Source: Thermoproteus tenax Kra 1
GTDB taxonomy: Archaea > Thermoproteota > Thermoprotei > Thermoproteales > Thermoproteaceae
DNA length: 32,000 nt
Assembly: GCF_000253055.1 (NCBI RefSeq)
Contig: NC_016070.1
Location: forward strand, 1,590,001 to 1,622,000
Reading direction: 5' to 3'
The notes under the pieces are model-generated. The model had not been told where the DNA came from and did not search any database. It worked only from the letters and a program-made list of their open reading frames with translations. The stretch's first letter is position 1. Each line of letters begins with the position of its first letter. Positions 17,911 through 26,119 of this stretch are shown in pieces. Both the position numbers and the translations under genes were made by a program.

Positions 17911-19174
17911 GAAGGATATTCTTTATGTCTGTGGGAGATATAGATAGAGCTCTGCTAAGTTTGTCAAGTATTGTGGGATCCTTCTTAGATAAAACGGAGA
18001 GTATTTGTAGAATCTCCGAGGCCACATAACTGCTTGATAAATGAAGCTCCTTGGCCAAGTGTTGTACTACTAGGTCTTTCCTCTTCCTTGCCTCCTTAGA
18101 TTTAGCCAACAAGAGTATCCGTTGAGGGAATTGATATTTGAAGAACCTTGGAAGGCGCGGCTTCCCAGGCACCAGCGCGACGCCCGCCAACATAAGCTCC
18201 GTCATGTACGGCATGAGCTCCCACTCTCCCGTCCTCTTTATGTGGGACAGAATGATATCGGCCTTGCTTAGACGATCTAAGGCGGCCGCTGCCACATGGG
18301 GATCCTTGTACACTCTGGGCACATTCTCGGCGGCCCAAGCGAAGAACTGCTCCCAGTCGAACGAAGGCGAAAACGATATAGCCCTGGCCTCATCGAACCA
18401 GTTAGCTCTGAAGACTTTATCCAGCACCTCGAACATGGACAGCTGTGGATTCCGCTCTCCGATCCGCCTTATATCATCTATGGTGAGGACGCCTTTGCCC
18501 TCAGCGAATAGTTGGAGGTCGTTGATGGCGGCTCTAAGGTCTCCGTTTGACGAGCGCGCGAGAGCCCTCAGAGCGTCCTCCTCGCACTTGATCTTCTCCG
18601 TTGAGCATATCCTCCTCAACACCTCTACTACGTCCTCCTCGTCCAACTTCTTTAAGTTGACCACATAGCTTATTTCTCTCAGTGGGCGGAGCCTCTGATC
18701 GTAGGGATTGTTGGCAGTCATTATAATGGGCACACGGGCCGTCTCGATCATGTCCACGATAGAGTCTAGGCCTCCTAGGTCCTCCTTGGGGTTAAGCCCA
18801 TCTACCTCGTCGAATAACACAATTCTGCCCGAGTAGCCGAAGAGGGAGCCCTCCCTGAGCCCTCTACCCACCACCTCTTTTATCCTAGCCGAGGTACGGA
18901 CGTCGCTTGCGTTCAACTCTATTAGTTCATAGTTTATCTCGTTGGCTAGCGCGTGTACCAACGTGGTCTTGCCCACGCCGGGCGGACCTGCCAGAAGTAT
19001 CGATCTAGCCTCCAAGATCTCTTTGTCCTTGCTTCGGGCCCACTGTCTACAAAAGTGTTCAGATACCTTAAATTTGGCGCAGACCCAAGAGGCTAGGGCA
19101 TATTTGGCCTGCTCCTGGTCTACTATATCCTTGAAACTACGCGGACGATGCTTCTCGACCCACGGCAACATCAC
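17900..19174 (-). CDS. rfcL: Replication factor C large subunit
   Basis: [16 protein letters not shown] and FDEVD motifs. 424 aa. 4-nt overlap with rfcS. Confidence 0.9.
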   Translation of the reverse strand: MMLPWVEKHRPRSFKDIVDQEQAKYALASWVCAKFKVSEHFCRQWARSKDKEILEARSILLAGPPGVGKTTLVHALANEINYELIELNASDVRTSARIKEVVGRGLREGSLFGYSGRIVLFDEVDGLNPKEDLGGLDSIVDMIETARVPIIMTANNPYDQRLRPLREISYVVNLKKLDEEDVVEVLRRICSTEKIKCEEDALRALARSSNGDLRAAINDLQLFAEGKGVLTIDDIRRIGERNPQLSMFEVLDKVFRANWFDEARAISFSPSFDWEQFFAWAAENVPRVYKDPHVAAAALDRLSKADIILSHIKRTGEWELMPYMTELMLAGVALVPGKPRLPRFFKYQFPQRILLLAKSKEARKRKDLVVQHLAKELHLSSSYVASEILQILSVLSKKDPTILDKLSRALSISPTDIKNILPRS

Positions 19175-20157
19175 CTCTTTTTCGTCTGTACCCTAGCTCT
19201 CGCCCCAAGGGCAGCCAGTTTGACTAACATGTAGGTCAATTGAAGCTCCTCGTCTGAGCCCTCGACCAATCTGAGGTCAACGTCAGCTAGGAGCTCCGCC
19301 ACAGCGGCCTTGGTCTCCTCGTCTATCTGTAGCCTGGGTAACTCCCTCTGTAGCGCCTTCAATATGTCGATGCCCGCGATGCCCCTCATGTACATGAGAT
19401 CCCTCAGCCTCTCCCTTGCCTTCTCCACATCGCCCGAGAAAGCGAGATTGAAAATCTCGAGGATCTCGCTCGGCTTCGCGGCGGAGGCCACTGCGGCGAC
19501 GCTTTCTTTATCTACCACGCCCGCCGAGGCTGCGGCCATCTGTAGTAAATTTATTGCTCTCCTCATGTCGCCCTGCGATATCTCGTAGATCGCGTCTATA
19601 CCGTCCTCAGTGAGCTTTATCCTCTCTTGACTTGCTATATATTGAAGGCGTTGGGCCATCAACGGCTTAGGCATGGGGGGGAACCTAAATACAGCGCATC
19701 TCGACAATATAGGATCTATGATCCTAGACACGTAGTTAGCCAACAGAACGAACCTGGTGGTCGCCGCGTACATCTCCATTATCCTCCTGAGCGCCTGCTG
19801 CGCGTCGGAGGTCATGTTGTCCGCCTCGTCCAATACGACCAGCTTGAAGGGGGCTCCGCCGGCCGGCGCAGTTCTGGCGAACTCCTTGACCCTCTCCCTT
19901 ATCACGTTTATCCCCCTCTCGTCGGACGCGTTGAGCTCCAGCGTGTTCTCGCGCCAGCGCTCCCCGTAGAGCTCCCTCGCGAGCACCAGGGCGGTCGTAG
20001 TCTTGCCCGTGCCGGGCGGGCCGTAGAAGAGGAGGTGGGGCATGTTGCCGGCCTTTATGAACTCCGCCAGCCTGGCCTTTATCTCCTCCAAGTCCACTAT
20101 CTCGGCGAAGGACTTGGGGCGGTACTTCTCGAACCAGAAGAGCTCGCCTAGAGACAT
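19171..20157 (-). CDS. rfcS: Replication factor C small subunit
   Basis: [25 protein letters not shown] and SRC motif ([10 protein letters not shown]). Closely resembles Pyrobaculum-type RfcS. No intein. Confidence 0.95.
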   Translation of the reverse strand: MSLGELFWFEKYRPKSFAEIVDLEEIKARLAEFIKAGNMPHLLFYGPPGTGKTTTALVLARELYGERWRENTLELNASDERGINVIRERVKEFARTAPAGGAPFKLVVLDEADNMTSDAQQALRRIMEMYAATTRFVLLANYVSRIIDPILSRCAVFRFPPMPKPLMAQRLQYIASQERIKLTEDGIDAIYEISQGDMRRAINLLQMAAASAGVVDKESVAAVASAAKPSEILEIFNLAFSGDVEKARERLRDLMYMRGIAGIDILKALQRELPRLQIDEETKAAVAELLADVDLRLVEGSDEELQLTYMLVKLAALGARARVQTKKR

Positions 20158-20197
20158 AGAGCAGATAACTGTGAGTAAATAAATGGACTAACGCGTA

Positions 20198-20875
20198 TTA
20201 TCTCGAGGCCGCAGCCAGGCGTTCTAGCTCGTCCTTATGCCTTATTGCGTAACTCTTGGGGTCGTTGGATGCCGCAGCTATTATCTCGTCAGCGAGACAT
20301 TCCTCAATAGGCTTTGGATTGTTAAACGAGCATGCGCGGGCGCCTTCGGCTATCCAGTGGAGCGCCAGATCTAGCCTTCGTTGGGGCGAGACGTCCACAG
20401 AGACGGAGTAGGCGATACCGCCCATTATAATGCGCGTTATTTCCTCGCGGGGGGCCGCGTTTATTATAGCATCGATGTACACTTGTAGAGGATTCCTCTT
20501 AGTTTTATAATAAATTATGTCGAATGCCCTTTTCACTATGTTGTACGCCTTATGCTTCTTGCCCGCGTTTCTTCCGGGCCTCATCATTAGGTTTATTAGA
20601 CGCTCCACTATGGGGATCTGCGTCTTGCCGAACCTCCTATTCTGGAATCTGCCCTCTGTGTGCGGAAGAAGCACCGGCTTTAGGCAAATATATCTCCTCA
20701 ATCCAGGATCTTTCACTACTATATCGTCGTAAGTCCATTTGCCGAACAACAAGATTTGGCCTCCATCGTAGGTCCTAATAGCGCGGGGACATTCCTCAAC
20801 TAAGGGGACGTCCCCCACGTACTCAACGTGAGATCCCTTAGGCAATTGCTCGCCGAATATGATCGGCGAAGACAT
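20198..20875 (-). CDS. rps7: 30S ribosomal protein S7 (uS7)
   Basis: The archaeal uS7 pattern (LFGKW..., [39 protein letters not shown]) is present. TATA GTTTAAATATAG lies upstream. Confidence 0.85.
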   Translation of the reverse strand: MSSPIIFGEQLPKGSHVEYVGDVPLVEECPRAIRTYDGGQILLFGKWTYDDIVVKDPGLRRYICLKPVLLPHTEGRFQNRRFGKTQIPIVERLINLMMRPGRNAGKKHKAYNIVKRAFDIIYYKTKRNPLQVYIDAIINAAPREEITRIIMGGIAYSVSVDVSPQRRLDLALHWIAEGARACSFNNPKPIEECLADEIIAAASNDPKSYAIRHKDELERLAAASR

Positions 20876-21170
20876 CAGTGACCAACTTACAACTATATTT
20901 AAACCTTAACGCCAAGTCTCGCCAAAGCCGGGGACCTCGCTCTTCAAGCGTTATCCGCCCGCCGTCTGTGCCACTGATAAACAAATTGATATCTAGTAGA
21001 AAAATGTAGTGGAATTACTCCTTTTCTATTAATCGTTGATCATTCTATAAAAAATACTTAAAGAAAAATAGGGAGCTATTCTTTTTATAATATACTAAAT
21101 AAATCAATAAAAAAATTCCAGCATTCTATTTTGCACGAAAAGCTTATAAATATCTGTTTTTATCTAGCAT

Positions 21171-21338
21171 ATGCCGCAGAAGCTGAAGTTCTACGACATA
21201 AAGGCCAAGCAGGCGTTCGAGACAGACAAATACGAGACCGTCGAGAAGAACACCGCCAGAGGCCCCATGATATTCGCGGTCGCCACTTCGCCGTACACCG
21301 GCATTAAGGTCTGGAGGCTGATCGGCAAGAAGAAATAA
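21171..21338 (+). CDS. 55-aa basic protein, candidate CC1-type crenarchaeal chromatin / DNA-binding protein (below the ORF-track size cutoff)
   Basis: ATG..TAA ORF encoding MPQKLKFYDIKAKQAFETDKYETVEKNTARGPMIFAVATSPYTGIKVWRLIGKKK. About 6 kDa, net basic, beta-rich composition. TATA CTTATAAATAT lies ~22 nt upstream of the ATG. Size, charge and taxon fit the CC1 protein described in Thermoproteales. Confidence 0.5.
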   Translation: MPQKLKFYDIKAKQAFETDKYETVEKNTARGPMIFAVATSPYTGIKVWRLIGKKK

Positions 21339-21341
21339 GAA

Positions 21342-21932
21342 TCAATACAAACTGTTTTTTCTCTCGCTTTCCCAAAATTCTCTTCCGGCGCTTGCCAATA
21401 TCTTGGCGACACGTAGCGGCTCGGGTTTGTTCCCGTACTTCCTCGTCAAAGCGGCCAGTCTGAAGGCGTCTCTGGGGCTTAGGCCCCAGGCTCTGACGAA
21501 GACCCTCCCGCCGTCGGGGTATCTAAACTCTACCGGATTGCCCATCTTAGAGATGTTCTGCCACCTGATCTCCCAGTCGTCGAATATCTTCATCAGCGCA
21601 CTTTTTATGTCGCCCTCGGGCTCCTCAAATACATAACATACGGTGGGAAGCCCCGTTTCTCTCCATACAATTTCGCCGTCTATCCAGTTATAGAAAGAGA
21701 CTATACATCCGTCCAACATTATTACGTGGACGTCGGGCCTTTTTATCCGCCTTATTACTTCGAGGGCGACTTGGGTCCCGTCGGTCCCGCCCAACTTGGC
21801 CCTCCCAAACGCCGCAGATTCTATATAGCCGTCTCTCCTGGCCAAGACGGCGGCGTATATCGAATATCCCTCATCTAATCTGAAGCTTTCCGCGACCGCT
21901 ATCGTTCTGAAGTTCTTCTGCAACCAACTCAT
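21342..21932 (-). CDS. DUF99 (UPF0215) family protein (endonuclease V-like fold)
   Basis: 196 aa. TIAVAESFR...GGTDGT...VHVIMLDGCIVSFYNWIDG...GLPTVCY matches the DUF99 pattern. Confidence 0.65.
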   Translation of the reverse strand: MSWLQKNFRTIAVAESFRLDEGYSIYAAVLARRDGYIESAAFGRAKLGGTDGTQVALEVIRRIKRPDVHVIMLDGCIVSFYNWIDGEIVWRETGLPTVCYVFEEPEGDIKSALMKIFDDWEIRWQNISKMGNPVEFRYPDGGRVFVRAWGLSPRDAFRLAALTRKYGNKPEPLRVAKILASAGREFWESERKNSLY

Positions 21933-22852
21933 CTGATGTATAGTTTGAAGGTATCGTTAACTCTTCTTATGGCCCTCCTCGTGCATAACAGAGCGCAGGC
22001 CCCGCAGCCTGTACAGCTCTCCAACAACTTGGGAGCTCCGCCTTTGTCCATAGCCAAGGCGTCGCACGAGGACAGAAAACAATCGCCGCATCTATCACAT
22101 AGGGACGGCTCCACTTCGAACTCACCCGCGAATAGCTTATAGTCGTAGCCAACGACTCTCTCTCTAAACAGCCTACACGGATCCCCCCTTCTATTGATAT
22201 CAACTATATAGCCTCCTAGCTCTATAAACCCATCGTCTGTGCCGCCCGTAGAGATGGCTATGACCGGGCCGGCCTTATAGCCGCCTATTAATATGCCCTT
22301 GGCTATCGCCACGGCCGGTATGGGCGGCATATGGACTGAAACAATTTCGCTTACGGCGTCCGGCATAAAGTACGTCGGAAGGACTTGATAGTCGGTCTTC
22401 TCCTCAACGGGGCTCTTCATGTATATATCGGACACAACTATTGGGACATCGTCCCTAAGCTTCAGCAAGTTATAGAGACAGGCAAAGAGGGGCAGATACT
22501 CCCTCCCGGCGCCCCCTGTGCGAACCCATCGCCGCGCCCTCAAATAGTTTTTATTGAACGTGGAGACTCTAAAGGGCCTGGGCAACGGCTCCTCTCCCTC
22601 GTATCCGATCGGGCTTTGGGTCTTTTCGGAGAGAGCTATTGCCTCCTCTAGGTCTCTAACGCAGGGGAGCTCCTGCGGGCACGGAGAGAGGAGCATGGCT
22701 CCCCAGATCCCCGATCTTCTCACGATGTCGATCCACTCATTGCGGAACTCTCCCAGCACCAATACCCTCCTAAATGTGATCGAGAGGCCGAGGGCTATGC
22801 CCAGAGCATGGAGGTTGCCCAGCTCCTTGCCCTTTATCACAAACTCTATCAT
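21929..22852 (-). CDS. Hypothetical protein with a C-terminal 2x[4Fe-4S] ferredoxin-like domain
   Basis: Two cysteine motifs, CDRCGDCFLSSC and CTGCGACALLC, in the last 60 aa. The N-terminal ~240 aa are not recognised. Overlaps both neighbours by 4 nt (operon). Confidence 0.6.
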   Translation of the reverse strand: MIEFVIKGKELGNLHALGIALGLSITFRRVLVLGEFRNEWIDIVRRSGIWGAMLLSPCPQELPCVRDLEEAIALSEKTQSPIGYEGEEPLPRPFRVSTFNKNYLRARRWVRTGGAGREYLPLFACLYNLLKLRDDVPIVVSDIYMKSPVEEKTDYQVLPTYFMPDAVSEIVSVHMPPIPAVAIAKGILIGGYKAGPVIAISTGGTDDGFIELGGYIVDINRRGDPCRLFRERVVGYDYKLFAGEFEVEPSLCDRCGDCFLSSCDALAMDKGGAPKLLESCTGCGACALLCTRRAIRRVNDTFKLYIR

Positions 22853-23349
22853 GGAACTAGCCGCAGCCTAACGACGACCTTCATCAGCGCCTTTTTCTCC
22901 GCCGGAAAGTCATCTAAGGGCCTTGGACCGTTCTGTCTCACCCAGAGGCAGTTCTCAGACAAGAATACGTTGCCCGTCTTTACGTCGAGCACGAGGGGGA
23001 ACATCTTGCAAGCCAGAGGCTTTTTCTCGTGTATCGTGCATTTTCTACTCTTTCTGTCGAAAAAGGGGCACCACCCATCGATTATCCATCTGTAGATCTC
23101 TACTCCGTTAACTTCGCCGAGCCTCTTGAAGCTCAACTTGAGCCCCCTCCGCTCGGCCTCCTCCTTAAGTCTAACCATCTCCTCATGGAAGATGGTAGGC
23201 ATCTCCTCCTCTGATTCAAAACGGCAACAGTCCGCGGGACACCCGATGGGACATTCAAACGGCACTGCACAGTTTTTAAAGCTGTTTATAACCGTAAGCC
23301 TCGCCCTTAGGGCGGAGTGGGGGTTACAACAGAAAGCCCCGCCCTTCAA
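22849..23349 (-). CDS. YkgJ-family (UPF0153/COG0727) Cys-cluster protein
   Basis: CPIGCPADCC plus CPFF..KCTIHEKKPLACKMFP motifs. The track start (TTG 23349) lies inside the left-end hairpin of element A. The alternative start GTG 23265 (MPFECPIG...) has TATA TTATAAA ~22 nt upstream. Confidence 0.7.
   Translation of the reverse strand: MKGGAFCCNPHSALRARLTVINSFKNCAVPFECPIGCPADCCRFESEEEMPTIFHEEMVRLKEEAERRGLKLSFKRLGEVNGVEIYRWIIDGWCPFFDRKSRKCTIHEKKPLACKMFPLVLDVKTGNVFLSENCLWVRQNGPRPLDDFPAEKKALMKVVVRLRLVP
23290..23323 (+). repeat. Solo left-end remnant (second tandem copy of the element end)
   Basis: TTTAT-AACCGTAAGCCTCGCCCTTAGGGCGGAG parallels TTAC-AACAGAAAGCCCCGCCCTTCAAGCGGGG immediately downstream and the left ends of element C and the TnpB IS. 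Confidence 0.5.
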
Positions 23350-23580
23350 GCGGGGATGGATTTAAGCTATATTTTTTCATGGCGGAGCGGTGAAGAGAGC
23401 TGAGGAAGGCTTAAATAGCGGTGCGCGCCATAAGACGGGGCGGGCCAACTTGCATCAACTCGTAAGATGGCCCTGGCGGGGGGACACCACAATGCCTGCT
23501 CCGTCGCGGCCCATAACCCCGGGCAACGGGCGAGACCCCCACGGTGGAGACCCCGCCCTTTAGGGCGGGGAGGGGGTCAC
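23328..23580 (+). mobile_element. Element A: protein-less, hairpin-bounded GC-rich element of the same family
   Basis: Starts after TTAC (23324-23327). It contains a left hairpin (23337-23355), TTTAAGC-TATATTTTTT, CATGGCGGAGCGGTGAAGA, GGGCAACGGGCGAGACCCCCAC (23521-23542), and a right hairpin CCCCGCCC-TTTA-GGGCGGGG (23551-23570). It ends GGGGGTCAC, as the TnpB IS ends GAGGGTCAC. Confidence 0.6.
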
Positions 23581-23930
23581 ATGCTTCCCGTCCGCCCTTG
23601 GGCACTCGCCCCAATAAATATGAGGGGGGCGCGGGAGCCCTAATGGGGCGCCATCGTTGCTTTCAATTACTGCATGCGCCTTTGCTCTAGATATAAACTG
23701 GCTTGAGGCCTAAGTAGTGCTAAATTCCTGTTATTATAGATCTTTGTAAAATATATTATTTACTTTTGTTTCTATATCTATATCTAAGACCATTTACCTA
23801 TTCCGCCTTCTCTGTAATTTTTTGAATATAATAATTAATTTTTTAAGTTTCATAATCTCTCGTTACGTATATAAATATTACTTTATAAAAGGTTGGAGAA
23901 AAGTTTAAATCTAAGCTAAATCGTTAACTC

Positions 23931-23981
23931 ATGCCCAAGAAAGAGCAGAAGAAGGAGGAGAAAAAAGAGCAGAAGAAGTGA
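23931..23981 (+). CDS. Candidate 16-codon leaderless micro-ORF (MPKKEQKKEEKKEQKK)
   Basis: ATG..TGA with TATA-like AAGTTTAAAT (23901-23910) centred ~25 nt upstream, the same spacing as bona fide genes in this window. It lies in a ~470-bp gene-free gap. No homology recognised. Confidence 0.25.
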   Translation: MPKKEQKKEEKKEQKK

Positions 23982-24030
23982 AGGCCTAGGCTATATAAAA
24001 ACGGAACTCTCTTCTTTTAACCTCCTTTTT

Positions 24031-24083
24031 GGGCGGGCCAGCCGCGTGTCAATAGCTGACACAGGCGAGGGGGTGTCGGGCTC
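24031..24083 (+). ncRNA. Candidate small structured RNA between two TATA boxes upstream of rpl14e
   Basis: A GC-rich 53-nt block sits in AT-rich surroundings. TATA CTATATAAAA (23991-24000) lies ~30 nt upstream. It has a hairpin GTGTCA-ATAGC-TGACAC (24046-24062) extended by GCC/GGC. rpl14e has its own TATA downstream at ~24087-24097. Confidence 0.2.
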
Positions 24084-24116
24084 TAAATTTTAAAAACACT
24101 GCCCTTTGCCCCATGT

Positions 24117-24422
24117 ATGCCTAAGGTGATCGAGGTGGGCAGAATAGTTGTGAAGGTCTCTGGCAGAGAGGCCGGGAGAAAGGCCGTAGTCGTGGATCTA
24201 GTTGATGAGAACTATGTCGTAATCACAGGCCCGCGCAGCGTAAGCGGCGTAAAAAGAAGAAGGGTGAACATAAACCATATAGAGCCGACGGACAAGAAGA
24301 TAGATATAAAGAGGGGGGCGAGCGATGAGGACGTAGTAAAGGCGCTTGAGGCTGCCAACTTAATCGAATACATGAAAGAGAAGATAAAGCCAAAATTCGA
24401 GGGGGTTTTATCGGAGATTTAA
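24117..24422 (+). CDS. rpl14e: 50S ribosomal protein L14e
   Basis: KOW-like VGRIVVKVSGREAGRKAVVVD. 101 aa. Leaderless spacing to TATA ATTTTAAAAA. Confidence 0.9.
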   Translation: MPKVIEVGRIVVKVSGREAGRKAVVVDLVDENYVVITGPRSVSGVKRRRVNINHIEPTDKKIDIKRGASDEDVVKALEAANLIEYMKEKIKPKFEGVLSEI

Positions 24423-24430
24423 GGTGCTTT

Positions 24431-25122
24431 ATGACCGCGCTCCCCGCCCTAAAGGGCGGGGTTTCCCCTCGCCCACGCCTTCATCGGCATCCAGGATACC
24501 TCCGGCGCGGGCTCATCGGGCATGGGGCCGGGCGGCGCTCGGCCCTCCTCGGGGCAGAGCACCTCATTTGGTGAGGCGTGTGCGCATATTGGGTCTTCCG
24601 CCTGCATCTGCGACGACCCCCGCTCATGCGGGATCCGCACCGTGGGGGTCTCGGCCGTTGCCCTCCTCGGGGTTAATCCGCTCGACATCGGATAACGGGC
24701 CTCTATCCTCCCCGGCGCTCTGAGGCCGGCCCTCGCGGCGTTCAGCGCGACGTTGAGCCTCCTGCGGAGCACGAGCCCTCTACAGCCCCGTACGTCGACT
24801 ACGTGCTCGCTCTGCCGCCCGTGCGCTACGTCCTCGGGTATCCTGCGTATACCTCAGAGACCCCCGATTCCCGCAACATCCCGGCGAGCCCTCTGACCGC
24901 CGTATTTCGATAGTGCCTCAACCTCTACCATCCTCCAGAGCGCCTTTAGGTAGAGGCGGCGCCACCCCGCTCATTGCCGATGCCGCTCTTCGTTTTGCCC
25001 CCGCGTGGCGCCCGCCCTTGCCCCTCCCTCTCCTTTCCTCGGTCCTCTTCACTAACTCTGTCATAGAAAAAATATAGATGTTCGGCTTAAAACCTACCCC
25101 GTGAAGGGCGAGGCTTTCGGTT
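24431..25122 (-). mobile_element. Element C: 692-nt composite protein-less element filling the whole rpl14e-cbf5 spacer
   Basis: On the minus strand it starts after TTTAC (25127-25123). It has a left-end hairpin remnant, TTTTAAG..ATCTATAT, and CAGAGTTAGTGAAGA (25046-25060, identical to B). An internal right-end-like block GGGCAACGGCCGAGACCCCCAC (24642-24663) plus a hairpin follows. The last 182 nt resemble the tnpB 3' end and right end of the intact IS. The terminal hairpin is 24442-24461 and the element ends GGTCAT (24436-24431). All ORFs inside are R/P/G/A-rich and not protein-like. Confidence 0.6.
25067..25077 (+). promoter_or_regulatory. TATA box (AAAAAATATAG) inside element C, facing outward and driving cbf5
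   Basis: It is centred ~25-30 nt upstream of the cbf5 GTG (25101). The same box in the same position relative to the element end is found at 23367-23377 (minus strand) upstream of the ykgJ TTG. Confidence 0.6.
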
Positions 25123-26117
25123 GTAAACGAGATATTTATGTAAAGACGCCAAATGAGACAACCGACCCTCAATGGGGCAGGCCGCCCGCCGATAGGCCGA
25201 TCGAAGAATACATAAGATATTCTTTTGTAGTACTGGACAAACCGCGCGGCCCCTCGAGCCACGAGACAGTCGCTTGGCTCAAAAGAATCTTGAACGTGGA
25301 GGTCGCAGGCCACTCGGGCACTTTAGATCCCAACGTGTCTGGGGTCTTGCCTGTCGCCATCGCCGAGGGCACCAAGGCGCTAATGGCCCTCTCTAGAGCC
25401 GACAAAACCTATGTCGCCGTCGCCAAGTTTCACGGAGACGTCGACGAGGCTAAGCTGAGGGAGGTTCTCGCCTACTTCACAGGCGCCATTTATCAGAGAC
25501 CGCCTCTAAGGTCTGCGGTCAAAAGACAACTCCGCGTGAGGCATGTGTACTCCTTGGAGCTACTGGAGCTGGACGGCAGATACGCGCTCCTCAGAATGCA
25601 TGTAGAGGCGGGGACCTACGCCAGGAAGCTCATCCACGATATAGGCGAAGTGCTGGGCGTGAGCGCCAACATGAGAGAGCTGAGGAGGGTCGGAGTCGGG
25701 TGTTTTACAGAGGAAGAGGCCTTCACGCTACAGGATATAGCAGATGCAGTATACATATGGAGGAACTACGGCGATGACACTGTACTGAGGCAGATAGTGA
25801 AGCCCATAGAGGAGATAGCAAGAGGGGTCGCCAAGATCTGGATAAAGGACGGCGCCGTAGATGCTGTGTGTCATGGCGCTCCTCTGGCGGCCCCCGGCGT
25901 CGTCAAGTTCGAGGAGCCCTTCCAGAGGGGCGACCTTGTTGCATATTTCACGCTCAAGGGCGAGCTAGTCGCCCTGGGGAGGGCCTTGATGTCCAGCGAT
26001 GAACTGAAAAGAGCGGACAAAGGGCTTGTGGCTAGAACAGACCGCGTTGTCATGCGGCCCGGCACCTATCCCTCAATATGGAGGAGAAAACCTAATAAAT
26101 TAGAGGGAAGATCCTAG
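25101..26117 (+). CDS. cbf5: H/ACA RNP pseudouridine synthase Cbf5 (TruB family) with C-terminal PUA domain
   Basis: [11 protein letters not shown] catalytic Asp motif. [19 protein letters not shown] is collinear with archaeal Cbf5 N-termini. PUA-like C-terminus. The GTG start and first 7 codons lie inside the left end of element C. Confidence 0.9.
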   Translation: MKGEAFGCKRDIYVKTPNETTDPQWGRPPADRPIEEYIRYSFVVLDKPRGPSSHETVAWLKRILNVEVAGHSGTLDPNVSGVLPVAIAEGTKALMALSRADKTYVAVAKFHGDVDEAKLREVLAYFTGAIYQRPPLRSAVKRQLRVRHVYSLELLELDGRYALLRMHVEAGTYARKLIHDIGEVLGVSANMRELRRVGVGCFTEEEAFTLQDIADAVYIWRNYGDDTVLRQIVKPIEEIARGVAKIWIKDGAVDAVCHGAPLAAPGVVKFEEPFQRGDLVAYFTLKGELVALGRALMSSDELKRADKGLVARTDRVVMRPGTYPSIWRRKPNKLEGRS

Positions 26118-26119
26118 AG

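Noticed and set aside
19627-20151. 174-aa plus-strand ORF antisense to rfcS (likewise 18138..18668, 5956..6428, 7235..7999, 13456..13866, 16732..17370)
   Set aside because: These are long antisense ORFs in GC-rich coding DNA with biased R/P/S/L-rich composition. Each is opposite a gene with unambiguous family motifs.
20971-21012. Inverted CCACT...AGTGG pair with an AGTGGAA core in the AT-rich rps7/CC1 spacer as ORB elements
   Set aside because: Only a 5-7-nt match to the ORB core, which is expected by chance in 64 kb of two-strand sequence. The arms are only ~30 bp apart and there are no further copies.
23411-25313. Track ORFs 23411..23614(-), 24424..24723(+), 24449..24772(-) and 24918..25313(-)
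   Set aside because: All fall within elements A or C. They have proline/arginine/glycine-rich, non-protein-like composition and overlap each other on both strands. 24424 is best explained as the orphaned ancestral cbf5 start codon.
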